DNA of 64,000 nucleotides from a virus (IMGVR_UViG_2909314774_000001), one strand, 5' to 3'; counted from the stretch's first letter, positions 1 through 9,685 are shown. The notes: a model not told the origin generated them from the letters alone. A program made the numbers and translations.

Positions 1-2443
1 TGGCGTTAATAATGCGGAATTTATTTATGTGTACAATGGCAGTGATTACTCGCCAGGCTGGCGTCGTTCTTATAATACTAGAAACAAACCAACAGCTTCT
101 GATGTAGGAGCATTATCGCTTTCTGGAGGAGCGTTAACTGGCGGATTAACTGCTGCTGGCGAGATTATTTCAAAATCGGCGAATGGTCTGCGCATTGCCT
201 ACGGAAACTACGGATTCTTTATCCGAAACGATGGTTCAAGCACATACTTCATGTTGACCGATTCGGGTAACAGCCTGGGAACCTATAATAGTTTAAGGCC
301 GCTTATCATTAACAATGCCAATGGTGCTGTTAGGATCGGTAATGGACTCAATGTTACTGGCGGCATCAATGGTAGTTTGAACGGTAATGCTTCAACAGCT
401 ACGAAGTTGCAAACAGCGAGAAACATCAATGGTGTTAAGTTTGATGGTTCAGGCGATATCAATATTAATACATTGGTATCTCGTGGCCGAGTTACGGCGT
501 TAAGCGGCTCTACTCAAGGCACTGCTGGCATTCAAATGTATGAGGCGTACAACAATAGCTACCCGACCACGTATGGCAACGTATTGCACATGAAAGGTGC
601 GAGTGCTGCTGGTGAGGGCGAGTTGCTTATTGGCTGGAGCGGAACGGATGGTGCTCATGCACCGGTTTATGTTCGTTCACGCCGTGATACTTCGACAGCG
701 AATTGGTCTGGTTGGGCGCAGGTCTATACCACTGCTCATAAACCCACAGCGAAAGATGTTGGGGCTGCACAGACGTTTAGCGCGTCATACAGTACTGGGG
801 CTGGCAACTGGACTACCGCTGAATTTATCGCATGGCTGAAGGAGCGTGGTGCTTTCGCCGTACCGTATTGGATGATGAAAGGCTCTTGGTCATATGCCGA
901 CAATAAAATTATCACTGATACAGGTGTCGGCAATATTTGTCTTGCTGGTGCGGTTATCGAGGTTTTAGGTCACGAAGGCGCAATGACCATCCGAGTTACT
1001 ACGCCTACAACGACAACCGGAGGTGGTATTGCCAGTGCTCAGTTCACCTATATTAATCACGGTAGCGCGTATGCCCCTGCCTGGCGCAGAGATTACAACA
1101 CGACTCTCAAACCAACTGCGGCTGATGTTGGTGCGTTGCCGAGCGGTGGCGGCACACTTTCCGGCGCACTCACATTATCTATGGTTGCGCCGAGTGTTCA
1201 ATTACGAGGGCAAGGTACTGATACCAGGCAGTACATCATGGCTTACAGAACCGATGGTGCTACATCATGGTATGTAGGTAAGGCTAACAACGGCTCTGAT
1301 AGCGCGATGCTCTGGAACTATACGGGGGCAAACGGAGTCGAGTTGGCTGCCGATGGCAATGTGCGCATTAATGCGAAGGGTAAGCAGTTTACGTTCGCAA
1401 ACAACGGCAATTTGGGGCTTGTCGCTTCGTTGGATCAAAGTTCTGTTCCACAGGGCATTTACCATCAAGTTGCTATGAACTCTGGAACCAGAGGTGCTAA
1501 ATCCTATCTTCGTAAGTTCAGGGGTGGGAACGCAGATACCGTCTGGCATGAAACCGTTCAAGACGGAAATTACCGACTTGCTACTGGTGACACTGATTCT
1601 CAGGGTGAAATGTACCTTTCGACTTCGGGTTGGGTTCGTTTCCGTGGTGAAGTTGTTTCAGAATCGGCCAATGGTTTGCGAGCCGCATTCGGTAACTTCG
1701 GTTTCTTTATCCGAAATGATGGAACGAACACTTATTTCCTTTTGACAGCTTCAGGTGACAAGTACGGTTCTTGGAATGGTTTGCGGCCTCTGACTATCAA
1801 CAATGTCAGTGGCGCAGTGTCAATGAGCAACGGACTAACTGTTGCTGGTGGACTTAATGTAACGAGCGGAAACCTGAAAATCTCGACGTCCAGCACATCG
1901 TGGATCGACATGAGAGCAGGCGTAGCCCTTTCGAACTCTTCAGCTGTTTCGACGTCATCCGCTTCGGCGATAGTCCGTCAAGAACACGCCGATCGCCATT
2001 TCATTCTTGGCGGTTTGGGTAACTCGCAGTTCGGGATTTACATGATTAACAAATCTCGAACTGCGAACGGCACTGACGCTGCCGCTTATCTCCAGAACGA
2101 CGGCACTTGGGTTTGCGCAGGCAACGGTAGTTTTAATGACGTTTACATCCGTTCCGACCGCCGTAGTAAGCGCAATATTCGCAAAATTGAGCGGGCGCTC
2201 GACAAGCTGGAGCAGATCGAAGGTGTTCTCTACGAGATTCAGGTCTGTGGCCGTTATGAGCAGTCTGGTGGCCTCATCGCTCAGGATGTCCAGAATGTTC
2301 AGCCTGAACTGGTAACGGTCGACCATAACGATCAGTCAGGAGAGCCTCGTCTGCGTCTTAACTACAACGGCGTTATCGGCATGTTGGTTGAGGCTGTCAA
2401 AGAGCTGCGCGAGGAAGTGCGCGAACTGAAGGCAAAAATGTAA
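1..2443 (+). CDS. Tail fibre protein, 5'-partial at window edge, with C-terminal intramolecular chaperone (peptidase S74-like) domain
   Basis: Frame is open from nt 2, so the gene continues upstream. Internally duplicated modules (SANGLR[IA]A[YF]GN[YF]GFFIRNDG... twice; Y[SA]P[GA]WRR.YNT..KPTA.DVGA three times). C-terminus ...RSDRRSKRNIRKIE...LVEAVKELREEVRELKAKM resembles autocleaving chaperone domains of tail fibres and endosialidases. Confidence 0.8.
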   Translation, partial: GVNNAEFIYVYNGSDYSPGWRRSYNTRNKPTASDVGALSLSGGALTGGLTAAGEIISKSANGLRIAYGNYGFFIRNDGSSTYFMLTDSGNSLGTYNSLRPLIINNANGAVRIGNGLNVTGGINGSLNGNASTATKLQTARNINGVKFDGSGDININTLVSRGRVTALSGSTQGTAGIQMYEAYNNSYPTTYGNVLHMKGASAAGEGELLIGWSGTDGAHAPVYVRSRRDTSTANWSGWAQVYTTAHKPTAKDVGAAQTFSASYSTGAGNWTTAEFIAWLKERGAFAVPYWMMKGSWSYADNKIITDTGVGNICLAGAVIEVLGHEGAMTIRVTTPTTTTGGGIASAQFTYINHGSAYAPAWRRDYNTTLKPTAADVGALPSGGGTLSGALTLSMVAPSVQLRGQGTDTRQYIMAYRTDGATSWYVGKANNGSDSAMLWNYTGANGVELAADGNVRINAKGKQFTFANNGNLGLVASLDQSSVPQGIYHQVAMNSGTRGAKSYLRKFRGGNADTVWHETVQDGNYRLATGDTDSQGEMYLSTSGWVRFRGEVVSESANGLRAAFGNFGFFIRNDGTNTYFLLTASGDKYGSWNGLRPLTINNVSGAVSMSNGLTVAGGLNVTSGNLKISTSSTSWIDMRAGVALSNSSAVSTSSASAIVRQEHADRHFILGGLGNSQFGIYMINKSRTANGTDAAAYLQNDGTWVCAGNGSFNDVYIRSDRRSKRNIRKIERALDKLEQIEGVLYEIQVCGRYEQSGGLIAQDVQNVQPELVTVDHNDQSGEPRLRLNYNGVIGMLVEAVKELREEVRELKAKM

Positions 2444-2509
2444 TCAAGGTGAATGGTGAGGGGCCACCCTCACCAATTCAGGATATTCACATCAAAAAGG
2501 AGATTAGAT

Positions 2510-3292
2510 GTGCCAATTGTCGGTGTTCCCGGTTGGATTGGGTCTTCGGCTGTCAGTGTGACAGGCCAGAGATGGATGAGTGCGGCTCGAACGGCGGTGC
2601 AACTGCCAGCGGCTGGTTCAATGTCTCAAATGGCCGGGCGATCTAAAGAAGTTCAGTACAGCATCGGTGCGAATCATAACTACAACAAAGACACACTGAT
2701 CAACTATTTAAAATCCCAGGGGGCGACGCCAGTCGTTGTTACCATTACAGGGGATCTGGTGTCGTCCAGTAGCGGCGTGCCATGTTTAGATTTCCCGAGT
2801 TCACTTACCAACTCTTATATCAGCCTTGTAATCAACGCAGGTGTGACTGTCTATGGACGCGGTGGCAATGGTGGTAGTAACGCTGCCGGTGCTGCTGGTG
2901 GTAACGCAATTAATAATGGCATCGGTACACGCTTGCGTATTACGAATAATGGTGCAATCGCTGGAGGTGGCGGCGGCGGTGGCGGCGGTAACAGGGGTAA
3001 ACTAATATTTGGTGGTGGCGGTGGTCGCCCATTCGGTGCTGGTGGGTCTTCCTCTCATATGAGTTCCGGTGCAACTGCTGGTACTATTTCCGCTCCTGGT
3101 AAAGGATCTGTTGGTGAGGGGTCTCTTAGTGCATATACAGGCGGTTCGGGTGGTAATGTCGGTGCTGCTGGAGGAAGATGTAATACTCAAGGTAACGGTA
3201 CAGAATATAACGGCGGAGCAGCTGGTAAAGCCGTAACTGGCAACGCGCCTACATGGACTAAAGCTGGGGCAATTTACGGCGCTCATGTGTAA
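2510..3292 (+). CDS. gp38-like tail fibre adhesin with glycine-rich motifs
   Basis: N-terminus VGVPGWIGSSAV..TGQRWMS and repeated poly-Gly tracts (GGGGGGGGGN, GGGGG) resemble T2/S16-type gp38 adhesins. Start moved to in-frame GTG 2510, which has AAGGAG 8 nt upstream; the ORF-track ATG at 2453 overlaps the previous gene. Confidence 0.55.
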   Translation: MPIVGVPGWIGSSAVSVTGQRWMSAARTAVQLPAAGSMSQMAGRSKEVQYSIGANHNYNKDTLINYLKSQGATPVVVTITGDLVSSSSGVPCLDFPSSLTNSYISLVINAGVTVYGRGGNGGSNAAGAAGGNAINNGIGTRLRITNNGAIAGGGGGGGGGNRGKLIFGGGGGRPFGAGGSSSHMSSGATAGTISAPGKGSVGEGSLSAYTGGSGGNVGAAGGRCNTQGNGTEYNGGAAGKAVTGNAPTWTKAGAIYGAHV

Positions 3293-3366
3293 GTACTTAC
3301 CTACCAAGTGTGGGCGTTTTATGATATAAAACCGCCATCCCGATTTGACGATTCATGGAGGAAATA

Positions 3367-3690
3367 ATGTCGAACGAGATGGCAGGCGTAACGCCAGAGC
3401 AGGTAGAGCGCATTGCCGCTATCGTTGCGCGTGAAGTTGTCGGCAAATTAGGTAAGGAGTTGCGTGAGGAAATTGGCCAGGAGGTCAACGACCAGCTCAA
3501 AACCTACTTTGGCGATATGACGCCTTCGCAACACAGCATTCAGCACTCCAACCTGGACAAACTACTTAATCGGCTAGACGCCATCTCCAGCGGGTTCTTT
3601 GGCGGCATTATCTCAAAGATAACGTCGTTCCTGATTACCGCGCTGCTGCTGGGTCTGGCCGCTTATGGCGTGAAGAATGGACTGCAATAA
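3367..3690 (+). CDS. Small protein with C-terminal transmembrane helix, putative holin
   Basis: GGAGGA RBS 4 nt upstream of ATG 3367; single hydrophobic helix ITSFLITALLLGLAAYGV at the C-terminus; sits directly upstream of a lysis-like cluster. Confidence 0.35.
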   Translation: MSNEMAGVTPEQVERIAAIVAREVVGKLGKELREEIGQEVNDQLKTYFGDMTPSQHSIQHSNLDKLLNRLDAISSGFFGGIISKITSFLITALLLGLAAYGVKNGLQ

Positions 3691-4396
3691 CAGGAGATCA
3701 AGGATGAAAACTCCGAGAGGCATTCGTAATAACAACCCTGGCAACCTCGACAAAGGTTCGCCGTGGCAGGGGCTAATCGACAACCCTGCCGAACCGCGCT
3801 TTTGCACGTTTAAAGACCCTGTTTGGGGGATTCGTGCGCTGGCGGTGACTCTAATTACCTACCACGATAAACGTCGCGCAAAAGACGGCACAAGTATCGA
3901 TACCATTCGTGAAGTTATTGAACGTTGGGCACCGCCGAATGAAAACAACACTGACGCCTACATTAATGAGGTGTCTAAAGCCGTTGGTGTAACCGCAGAC
4001 ATGATCATCGATCTGCATGATTACGACATTCTTCGACCTTTGGTTGAGGCAATCATTCGCCATGAGAATGGGCGAGGTCCGCTAAAAACGCTGAACACCT
4101 GGTATGCGGCAGAAGTTATTGAGGAAGGTCTGCGTCGAGCTGGCGTCGTTAAGCCGGTGAAAACCGTGAAGGCTGTTCCTGTAACTAAAGAAACTGCAGG
4201 CGCAACTGTTACAGCAGGTATTGGTCTGGCGCAGCTGGCCGATGTTATGCCGCAGGTTTCCGCTGCTATGGATAAAGCACAAGGTCATATCTCTAGCGGG
4301 GATACAGTACGCATCATCTTCGGTATTGCCACTATTGTTGTGGCAGGATTCATTGCCTGGTCGCAGGTAAGAAAACACCAGAAAGGGATGGTCTAA
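3677..4396 (+). CDS. Putative cell-wall hydrolase / endolysin-like protein with C-terminal membrane anchor
   Basis: Conserved-looking N-terminal motif GIRNNNPGNL...W.G and a C-terminal TM helix (IIFGIATIVVAGFIAW); lies between the holin-like and spanin-like genes. Function is inferred from context only. Confidence 0.3.
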   Translation: MDCNNRRSRMKTPRGIRNNNPGNLDKGSPWQGLIDNPAEPRFCTFKDPVWGIRALAVTLITYHDKRRAKDGTSIDTIREVIERWAPPNENNTDAYINEVSKAVGVTADMIIDLHDYDILRPLVEAIIRHENGRGPLKTLNTWYAAEVIEEGLRRAGVVKPVKTVKAVPVTKETAGATVTAGIGLAQLADVMPQVSAAMDKAQGHISSGDTVRIIFGIATIVVAGFIAWSQVRKHQKGMV

Positions 4397-4397
4397 T

Positions 4398-4649
4398 ATG
4401 CTAGGCAGCCTGATGACAAAGCTAAAAGTTGCTTTGATTACGCTGGCTGCCGTTCTTTTCGTTCTTGTCGGCGCTTACACGATGGGCGGGAATGCGGCGC
4501 GACGAGCAATGGAAGAGAAGGCAAAACAGGAAGACAGAAAACGACTTCAAAACACAGTGAAAGTGGTGAATGAGACGAGCAGTAAAATACGTCAGAAAGA
4601 TGCTTCTGCCGTTCATCGTGAGTTGTATGATAAGTGGGTGCGTCATTAA
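4398..4649 (+). CDS. Putative i-spanin (Rz-like)
   Basis: N-terminal TM helix followed by a charged coiled-coil region; position immediately after the putative lysin. Confidence 0.45.
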   Translation: MLGSLMTKLKVALITLAAVLFVLVGAYTMGGNAARRAMEEKAKQEDRKRLQNTVKVVNETSSKIRQKDASAVHRELYDKWVRH

Positions 4650-4785
4650 ACCACAAACAGCCAGCGTGTTGTTCTGCGATGGGGCTGAGCCTATCTATAT
4701 CAGCAATAATGATGTAATGACTGAAGAAACCGAACGCCAAATCCTTTTTCACAATACGATGGGAGAGAGGGTTTGTGGTTGGTGA
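4570..4785 (+). CDS. Putative o-spanin lipoprotein (Rz1-like), overlapping the i-spanin in another frame
   Basis: Signal peptide with lipobox MISGC; small Cys-containing protein; overlapping arrangement is typical of Rz/Rz1 pairs. Confidence 0.4.
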   Translation: MRRAVKYVRKMLLPFIVSCMISGCVIKPQTASVLFCDGAEPIYISNNDVMTEETERQILFHNTMGERVCGW

Positions 4786-4817
4786 TGTCGAAGTTCCCCT
4801 CAAATGAGGGGAACACA

Positions 4818-5339
4818 TTATTCTTCGAACAATTTTTCGATAGATTTTGTAGGATAGAACAAAGAACGCTCGTTGTTACCAACCAGCTGGATAAAGCCTA
4901 AACTTTTATAAAACGCCTTGGCTTTGTCATTTAACGCCTCAACGAAAAGTCCATGAATGCCTACAGCAAGAGATGCATTGTACACAACGCGCATTGCATG
5001 TGTTACAAGCATTGAGCCAAATCCTTGACCTTGAAGGGACTTGTCCAAAGCCAGCCTACCCAAAGTAACACTTGGAACATTCCGATAAGGAACCTTCTTT
5101 TGTTTGCTTCTTGAAGGTAAGGACTCCTTTTCAAAACAACTACCTGACAAAGTGTAATATCCTAACACTTTTGGCCTTTCTTCTTGAGTGCAAAGCACAT
5201 AAGCACGAAGAATTTTTCCCTCATGCTGCCTTTTTAAGTGGTTGGCTAAAAAGGCGTTTAGTGACTCTTCGCCGCAATCAAAACCGTTTAGATCATAATC
5301 TTTCTCTCCAGAGAAAATCTCTATCGTTGTATTGCTCAC
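4818..5339 (-). CDS. GNAT-family acetyltransferase toxin (TacT/AtaT-like)
   Basis: GNAT acetyl-CoA binding region (QGQGFGSML...); immediately downstream of a small RHH/DUF1778-like gene on the same strand, separated by 8 bp. Confidence 0.8.
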   Translation of the reverse strand: MSNTTIEIFSGEKDYDLNGFDCGEESLNAFLANHLKRQHEGKILRAYVLCTQEERPKVLGYYTLSGSCFEKESLPSRSKQKKVPYRNVPSVTLGRLALDKSLQGQGFGSMLVTHAMRVVYNASLAVGIHGLFVEALNDKAKAFYKSLGFIQLVGNNERSLFYPTKSIEKLFEE

Positions 5340-5346
5340 GAGTAAA

Positions 5347-5616
5347 CTACTCCATGCTTTTCAGACGATCAGCAGCTCGTTTCAGCTTGTCGTTCGGTGC
5401 CGGAGGATTGCTTATAGCGTCCATAACCAGATTCCAGGATTCTTCATTCAGAACTAGTCTACGGTGTTGCTCTATAACTTTCACGGCACGTTCAGATGCA
5501 CTGCTAACCATAAACTGAGTAATGCTCTGGTTAGACATTGCGGCAGCTTCCTCGATGATGCTTTTATCGTCATCGGTTAATCTCAAATCGATGCGCTGCT
5601 TTTTTAGTGCTGACAT
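5347..5616 (-). CDS. RHH/DUF1778-type antitoxin (TacA/AtaR-like)
   Basis: Start set at MSALKKQRIDLRLTDDDK with AGGAGG RBS upstream; partner of the downstream GNAT toxin. Confidence 0.75.
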   Translation of the reverse strand: MSALKKQRIDLRLTDDDKSIIEEAAAMSNQSITQFMVSSASERAVKVIEQHRRLVLNEESWNLVMDAISNPPAPNDKLKRAADRLKSME

Positions 5617-5934
5617 GTATTCCTCCTGATGGCCGTGATGTAGGAAGGCCATCAATCTCCTCTGTTCAAACTGAGTTTTCGACTCAAAAATTACTTTAAA
5701 AGGCTATAGCCCATTACGTGTGCATTATCAAATTGTGTACGGCATATCACCGTACTTGTAATATAGAGGTCATTGTTACTTTTTTCAACAGACAAATACA
5801 AGCTATGATTGCCAATTGTTAATCACAACCTACCATTTAACCTTTACACCGCAGCCGTAGGCATTTAGGCTATATCACATATAAGAAAACAAGTTGTTTC
5901 AGACGATAATTATATACGCAAAGGGAACTCTCCA

Positions 5935-6603
5935 ATGACCAAGATCTTTGTGGTTGGCGGCACAAAGGGCGGGCCTGGCAAATCCACCGTTGCCCAGCAA
6001 ATTGCCGTTTGCCTGAAAGTCAAAAAGAAGAAGAAGGTTTATATTACCGATATAGATATTCAGCGCACGACAACGAGCTGGTGTGAAGACCGTCGACAGA
6101 ACGAAGACCTTGAGCTGATTCCTTTTGCATACGTTCAGGATGACATCATTAAGCACCTAAAATCGCTTCAGGGTAGAGCTGAGTTTGTAGTGGTAGATGC
6201 CGGTGGCTTTGACTCCGAAATTCAGCGACAAGCGATGCTGATGGCTGACGTTATCATTATCCCGCTTCGTCCTAAGCGTCGTGATTTGAAATCTCTGCGT
6301 GACATTGATCCTATTATCGACAATGTTCGTAATGTAAACGATAAAGTGAAGGTCCGCGCGGTCATGAACCAGTGCCCGGCTTTGCCATCACAAGTGTCTC
6401 GCATTCTGGCGGCTAAAGAGATTGTCGAGACGTTTGGCATCGAGTCTGCGCCAGTCAATCTATATAACCGCAACGTCTATGATGATGCGGAAGAGTCTGG
6501 TCGTTCTATCTTTGAAATGACCGGTAGCGAGCGCGACAAAAAGGCGGAAGCCGAGTTTGAAGAATTTGTAGATTATCTGTTGAGTCTGGAGGAAGAAGAA
6601 TAA
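5935..6603 (+). CDS. parA: ParA-like partition ATPase
   Basis: Deviant Walker A GGTKGGPGKST near the N-terminus; followed by a small DNA-binding partner with a TAATG overlap. Confidence 0.85.
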   Translation: MTKIFVVGGTKGGPGKSTVAQQIAVCLKVKKKKKVYITDIDIQRTTTSWCEDRRQNEDLELIPFAYVQDDIIKHLKSLQGRAEFVVVDAGGFDSEIQRQAMLMADVIIIPLRPKRRDLKSLRDIDPIIDNVRNVNDKVKVRAVMNQCPALPSQVSRILAAKEIVETFGIESAPVNLYNRNVYDDAEESGRSIFEMTGSERDKKAEAEFEEFVDYLLSLEEEE

Positions 6604-6962
6604 TGTCCATGAAAATGGGTGACCTAGCAAAGCGCAAAGAGCCTGATGCACCGGCTAAGAACACAACTCCTTTGCGCCAACCAGTCAGACCACAGGGACG
6701 CCCGACTCGTGGCAAAGAGAAAATTAAAAGCCGCACAATGTCACTGGAGGACGAATACTTCGAACTGCTGGAGATGATGAAGTTCATCCCTCGCTTCGAG
6801 AAATTCACCCGCTCTGATGTGATTCGTGCTGCTATTTTCCATCTTGCGGAGAAGACACCGCAGGAAATCGAGGACATCGTGAAACTTAACGAGGCGATCA
6901 CAGCTGCCGATGTCACGATGCGTACCGATGAAATTAAACGCGAGTTGATGAAGAAAGGGTGA
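6603..6962 (+). CDS. Ribbon-helix-helix centromere-binding partition protein (ParG/ParB-like)
   Basis: Basic N-terminus and an RHH-like segment (SLEDEYFELLEMMKF...RSDVIRAAIFHL); translationally coupled to parA. Confidence 0.55.
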   Translation: MSMKMGDLAKRKEPDAPAKNTTPLRQPVRPQGRPTRGKEKIKSRTMSLEDEYFELLEMMKFIPRFEKFTRSDVIRAAIFHLAEKTPQEIEDIVKLNEAITAADVTMRTDEIKRELMKKG

Positions 6963-7013
6963 TTATATTGGGCGTTTGTTACGCCCAATATATGAGTTGA
7001 AGGATAGACACCA

Positions 7014-8720
7014 ATGGAATCGATAGAAGTATTTTTAAAAAATTTTTTGGACTCAGATCATCGGGTTGCTGTCATAAAAGGAAATTGGGGAGTAGGTAAA
7101 ACGCATTATTGGAATAGCTTTTATACTAAACATTCTAAAAAATTAGATTTTAATGCATATTCATATGTTTCTTTGTTTGGAATAAATTCTATTGGAGACA
7201 TTAAAAAAGCTCTTTATCATTGTGCCACACCAATTAATGAAAAGAAATATAAAGAACTGATTTTATCTGAAACGGATCGAACTATGATTCGTTATAGAAA
7301 TGGGTTTTGGGGATGGTTGAAATACAACTCCTTGTCAAAATTTTTAATACATTTTGGAAAGAACGATTTTTTTGGGTTCAAAACTGATAATCTGCTGTCA
7401 TCTCTTGAGTATAAATTTGTTAATAATTATTTGGTTTGCATTGATGATATTGAACGAAAAGGTAGTGCGCTAGAAATTAAAGAGATTATGGGGGTAATTG
7501 ATGAGTTGGCAAGAAGAAAAAATTGCAAGGTTGTTCTAATATTAAATGAAGATAACTTACATGAAGAAACTGCACAACAACAGTTTTTAGAGTATAGAGA
7601 AAAAATAATTGATGTGGAAATAAAATACGATCCCACGCCTGAGAAAAACTTAAGAAAAGTTTTTTATGAGACTGACCCTGATTTTCTTTTGTTAAAAAAC
7701 CTAGTAAATGATTTAAACATCAAAAACATTAGAATATTAAATAAAATAAAATCATCTCTAGTTATATTTAGAGATGTGCTAAAGTTAGCAGAGGATAAGG
7801 TTAGAGAAAGTTTTATTAATAGATTGGTCTTATTTTCAGTGGTTTACTATTTTGGTGTTCCTAGCGTTGATTATGCTTCATTTAAGGAGTCAATCAAAAA
7901 TATACATGCATTCGACTATATGTTAGATGATAAAGATGAAAAGGAAGAAGTTAACTCTGTATATTCATTTGTTAATAGCCTTGATGTTATTTATGAACGA
8001 GCAGAAAGTGCTTTCGATGATGATATAGATTTTTACCTTAAGAACGGTTATGTTTCTTCTGAAAGCAATATTCTAAATATAATAAAAGAAAAAAATGAAC
8101 AATATAGAGATAATAGGGTTTTATGTGAGGTTTATAAAATTTGGGATGTTTTTAGAAACTCTTTTAAAGATAATGAATCAGAGTTTATTTTTCAAATTGA
8201 GCGCGTAATTAACGATAGTCTGTTGCGTATACCAATTGGACAGTTCGTAGGTTTAATAAATGTCCTAATTAAATTGGATAGAGATTGTAATAATATTATA
8301 GAGGCATATGCAGATGCTTTTGTTAATAAAGAAAATGCGTATGCTACATTTAATTCTTTGCGAGTAGAGATCTTCGGAAATGAAGAATTAGGTTTCAGAA
8401 TTGAAAAAAAATTGAAAGATAGAAATCCAGATGACTATAACTTAGATAAAATTATAAAAAAAATAGCTGGTGGAAGATTTAACCATAGTGATGTGAATAT
8501 TCTTAACAGTTTTTCTAAAGATGATTACGTAAACTGGATATTATCCTGTGATCAGGATGCTTTGAATTTAGTAGAAGAGACTATGCTCAAGTTCAAGGGT
8601 ATGCAACACCCGACAGACGAACAGAAGAGCATCACTGATAAAGCAATAGAAGCTTTGGAGGAAGTTGCTTCAAAATCAACACTTAATAAGCTGCGTGTTA
8701 ATAAAATACTCAATCATTAA
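7014..8720 (+). CDS. KAP-family P-loop NTPase (PifA-like)
   Basis: Walker A GNWGVGKT at residues 22-29 and Walker B LVCIDDIERK; the gene is markedly more AT-rich than its neighbours. Confidence 0.65.
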   Translation: MESIEVFLKNFLDSDHRVAVIKGNWGVGKTHYWNSFYTKHSKKLDFNAYSYVSLFGINSIGDIKKALYHCATPINEKKYKELILSETDRTMIRYRNGFWGWLKYNSLSKFLIHFGKNDFFGFKTDNLLSSLEYKFVNNYLVCIDDIERKGSALEIKEIMGVIDELARRKNCKVVLILNEDNLHEETAQQQFLEYREKIIDVEIKYDPTPEKNLRKVFYETDPDFLLLKNLVNDLNIKNIRILNKIKSSLVIFRDVLKLAEDKVRESFINRLVLFSVVYYFGVPSVDYASFKESIKNIHAFDYMLDDKDEKEEVNSVYSFVNSLDVIYERAESAFDDDIDFYLKNGYVSSESNILNIIKEKNEQYRDNRVLCEVYKIWDVFRNSFKDNESEFIFQIERVINDSLLRIPIGQFVGLINVLIKLDRDCNNIIEAYADAFVNKENAYATFNSLRVEIFGNEELGFRIEKKLKDRNPDDYNLDKIIKKIAGGRFNHSDVNILNSFSKDDYVNWILSCDQDALNLVEETMLKFKGMQHPTDEQKSITDKAIEALEEVASKSTLNKLRVNKILNH

Positions 8721-8728
8721 TAGATTAT

Positions 8729-8791
8729 GACCTGCTTCCGTATGTATTTAATAAGTTACTTATTATTTGTATATACAGAAGCAGGTCTTTT
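8729..8791. terminator. Long palindromic element / putative bidirectional terminator
   Basis: Stem GACCTGCTTC...GAAGCAGGTC enclosing an AT-rich loop, then TTTT; a near-twin sits at 56152-56226. Confidence 0.5.
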
Positions 8792-8901
8792 AAAGACACC
8801 CACCAGAACAAGTCCCTTCCGTTTCCACTTCCAAAAACTGCCACCAGTCGCTATCATCCGCTCATTGTGATAAGTAAGTAACTACCTACCAGGTGAGCCA
8901 C

Positions 8902-9642
8902 ATGAGCCAAATCTTTTTCGATACCATCGACAACGACCAGTACGACTTCATGACAGAGTGGAATACCGCTGTTATGGACAAGTGGGTTGCTGAAAACATT
9001 GGTTTGTCGCGCTGCAAAGACGAGGCTGAACTGTTTGAGACGAAGTGGTTTGATTACCGCGATATGCATCCTCTCATGGCCACCTGTCTGTTTACGGAGG
9101 CATACAAACGTCAGTACTCAAATATCATGCTGACGCACGGTCGTGAACACTTTGAAACAGCTCCGTTCACCACCGGGTTAAAACGCTTGCCTTATCAGGA
9201 GTTGTCGACTGCTAATAAAACGTCGCTATGGAAAGCACGCCAGTTTGCGGATCGCTATTGCTGCTCATACGACTACTTTATCTCCACTGTTCTTTCCGCA
9301 GCTGCACGACGTCTGTGGGACAAGCTGCCTCGCCCACAGCATTTGTGGCAGCCAGAACTGATTGAGATATTTGAAGAGAAATTAGCCAGACGCGCAACAA
9401 CCCGTCTGGATGACTCTCTGGTTAGCTTTAAGCATATGGGAGACATGCAGTTCAACCCGATTCAGGAAAGCTATTTTGAGTGGATTCTGGAGCGTTTGCG
9501 CACCATCCCTCGCAGCAAGCGCATACGCGCAATTTTCTCCGCTATCTGGCTAATGGAAATCGTTCCAGAGCGCCTTATTTCCGACCACTTTCCAGAAGAA
9601 CTGGAAGAAGCACGGCGGTTTATTGATCCCCTATCTAATTAA
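8902..9642 (+). CDS. Hypothetical protein
   Basis: ORF with AGGTGA RBS 5 nt before ATG 8902; no recognisable motifs. Confidence 0.5.
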   Translation: MSQIFFDTIDNDQYDFMTEWNTAVMDKWVAENIGLSRCKDEAELFETKWFDYRDMHPLMATCLFTEAYKRQYSNIMLTHGREHFETAPFTTGLKRLPYQELSTANKTSLWKARQFADRYCCSYDYFISTVLSAAARRLWDKLPRPQHLWQPELIEIFEEKLARRATTRLDDSLVSFKHMGDMQFNPIQESYFEWILERLRTIPRSKRIRAIFSAIWLMEIVPERLISDHFPEELEEARRFIDPLSN

Positions 9643-9685
9643 CTAATACTAGAAAACAATTTGTTTAAAAAACAAAGGAAAGCAC

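Noticed and set aside
597-2326. Multiple ORFs of 65-123 codons on both strands inside the tail-fibre gene (597-839, 736-933, 1023-1277, 1265-1561, 1494-1745, 1955-2326).
   Set aside because: Fully embedded in or antisense to a long, motif-rich coding frame; no RBS context. Treated as chance ORFs.
2449-2646. ORF 2449-2646 and the ATG at 2453 as start of the adhesin gene.
   Set aside because: The ATG at 2453 lies only 10 nt after the tail-fibre stop with no RBS, whereas an in-frame GTG at 2510 has AAGGAG upstream and begins the conserved VGVPGW motif. The 2449 ORF is an alternative frame across the same region.
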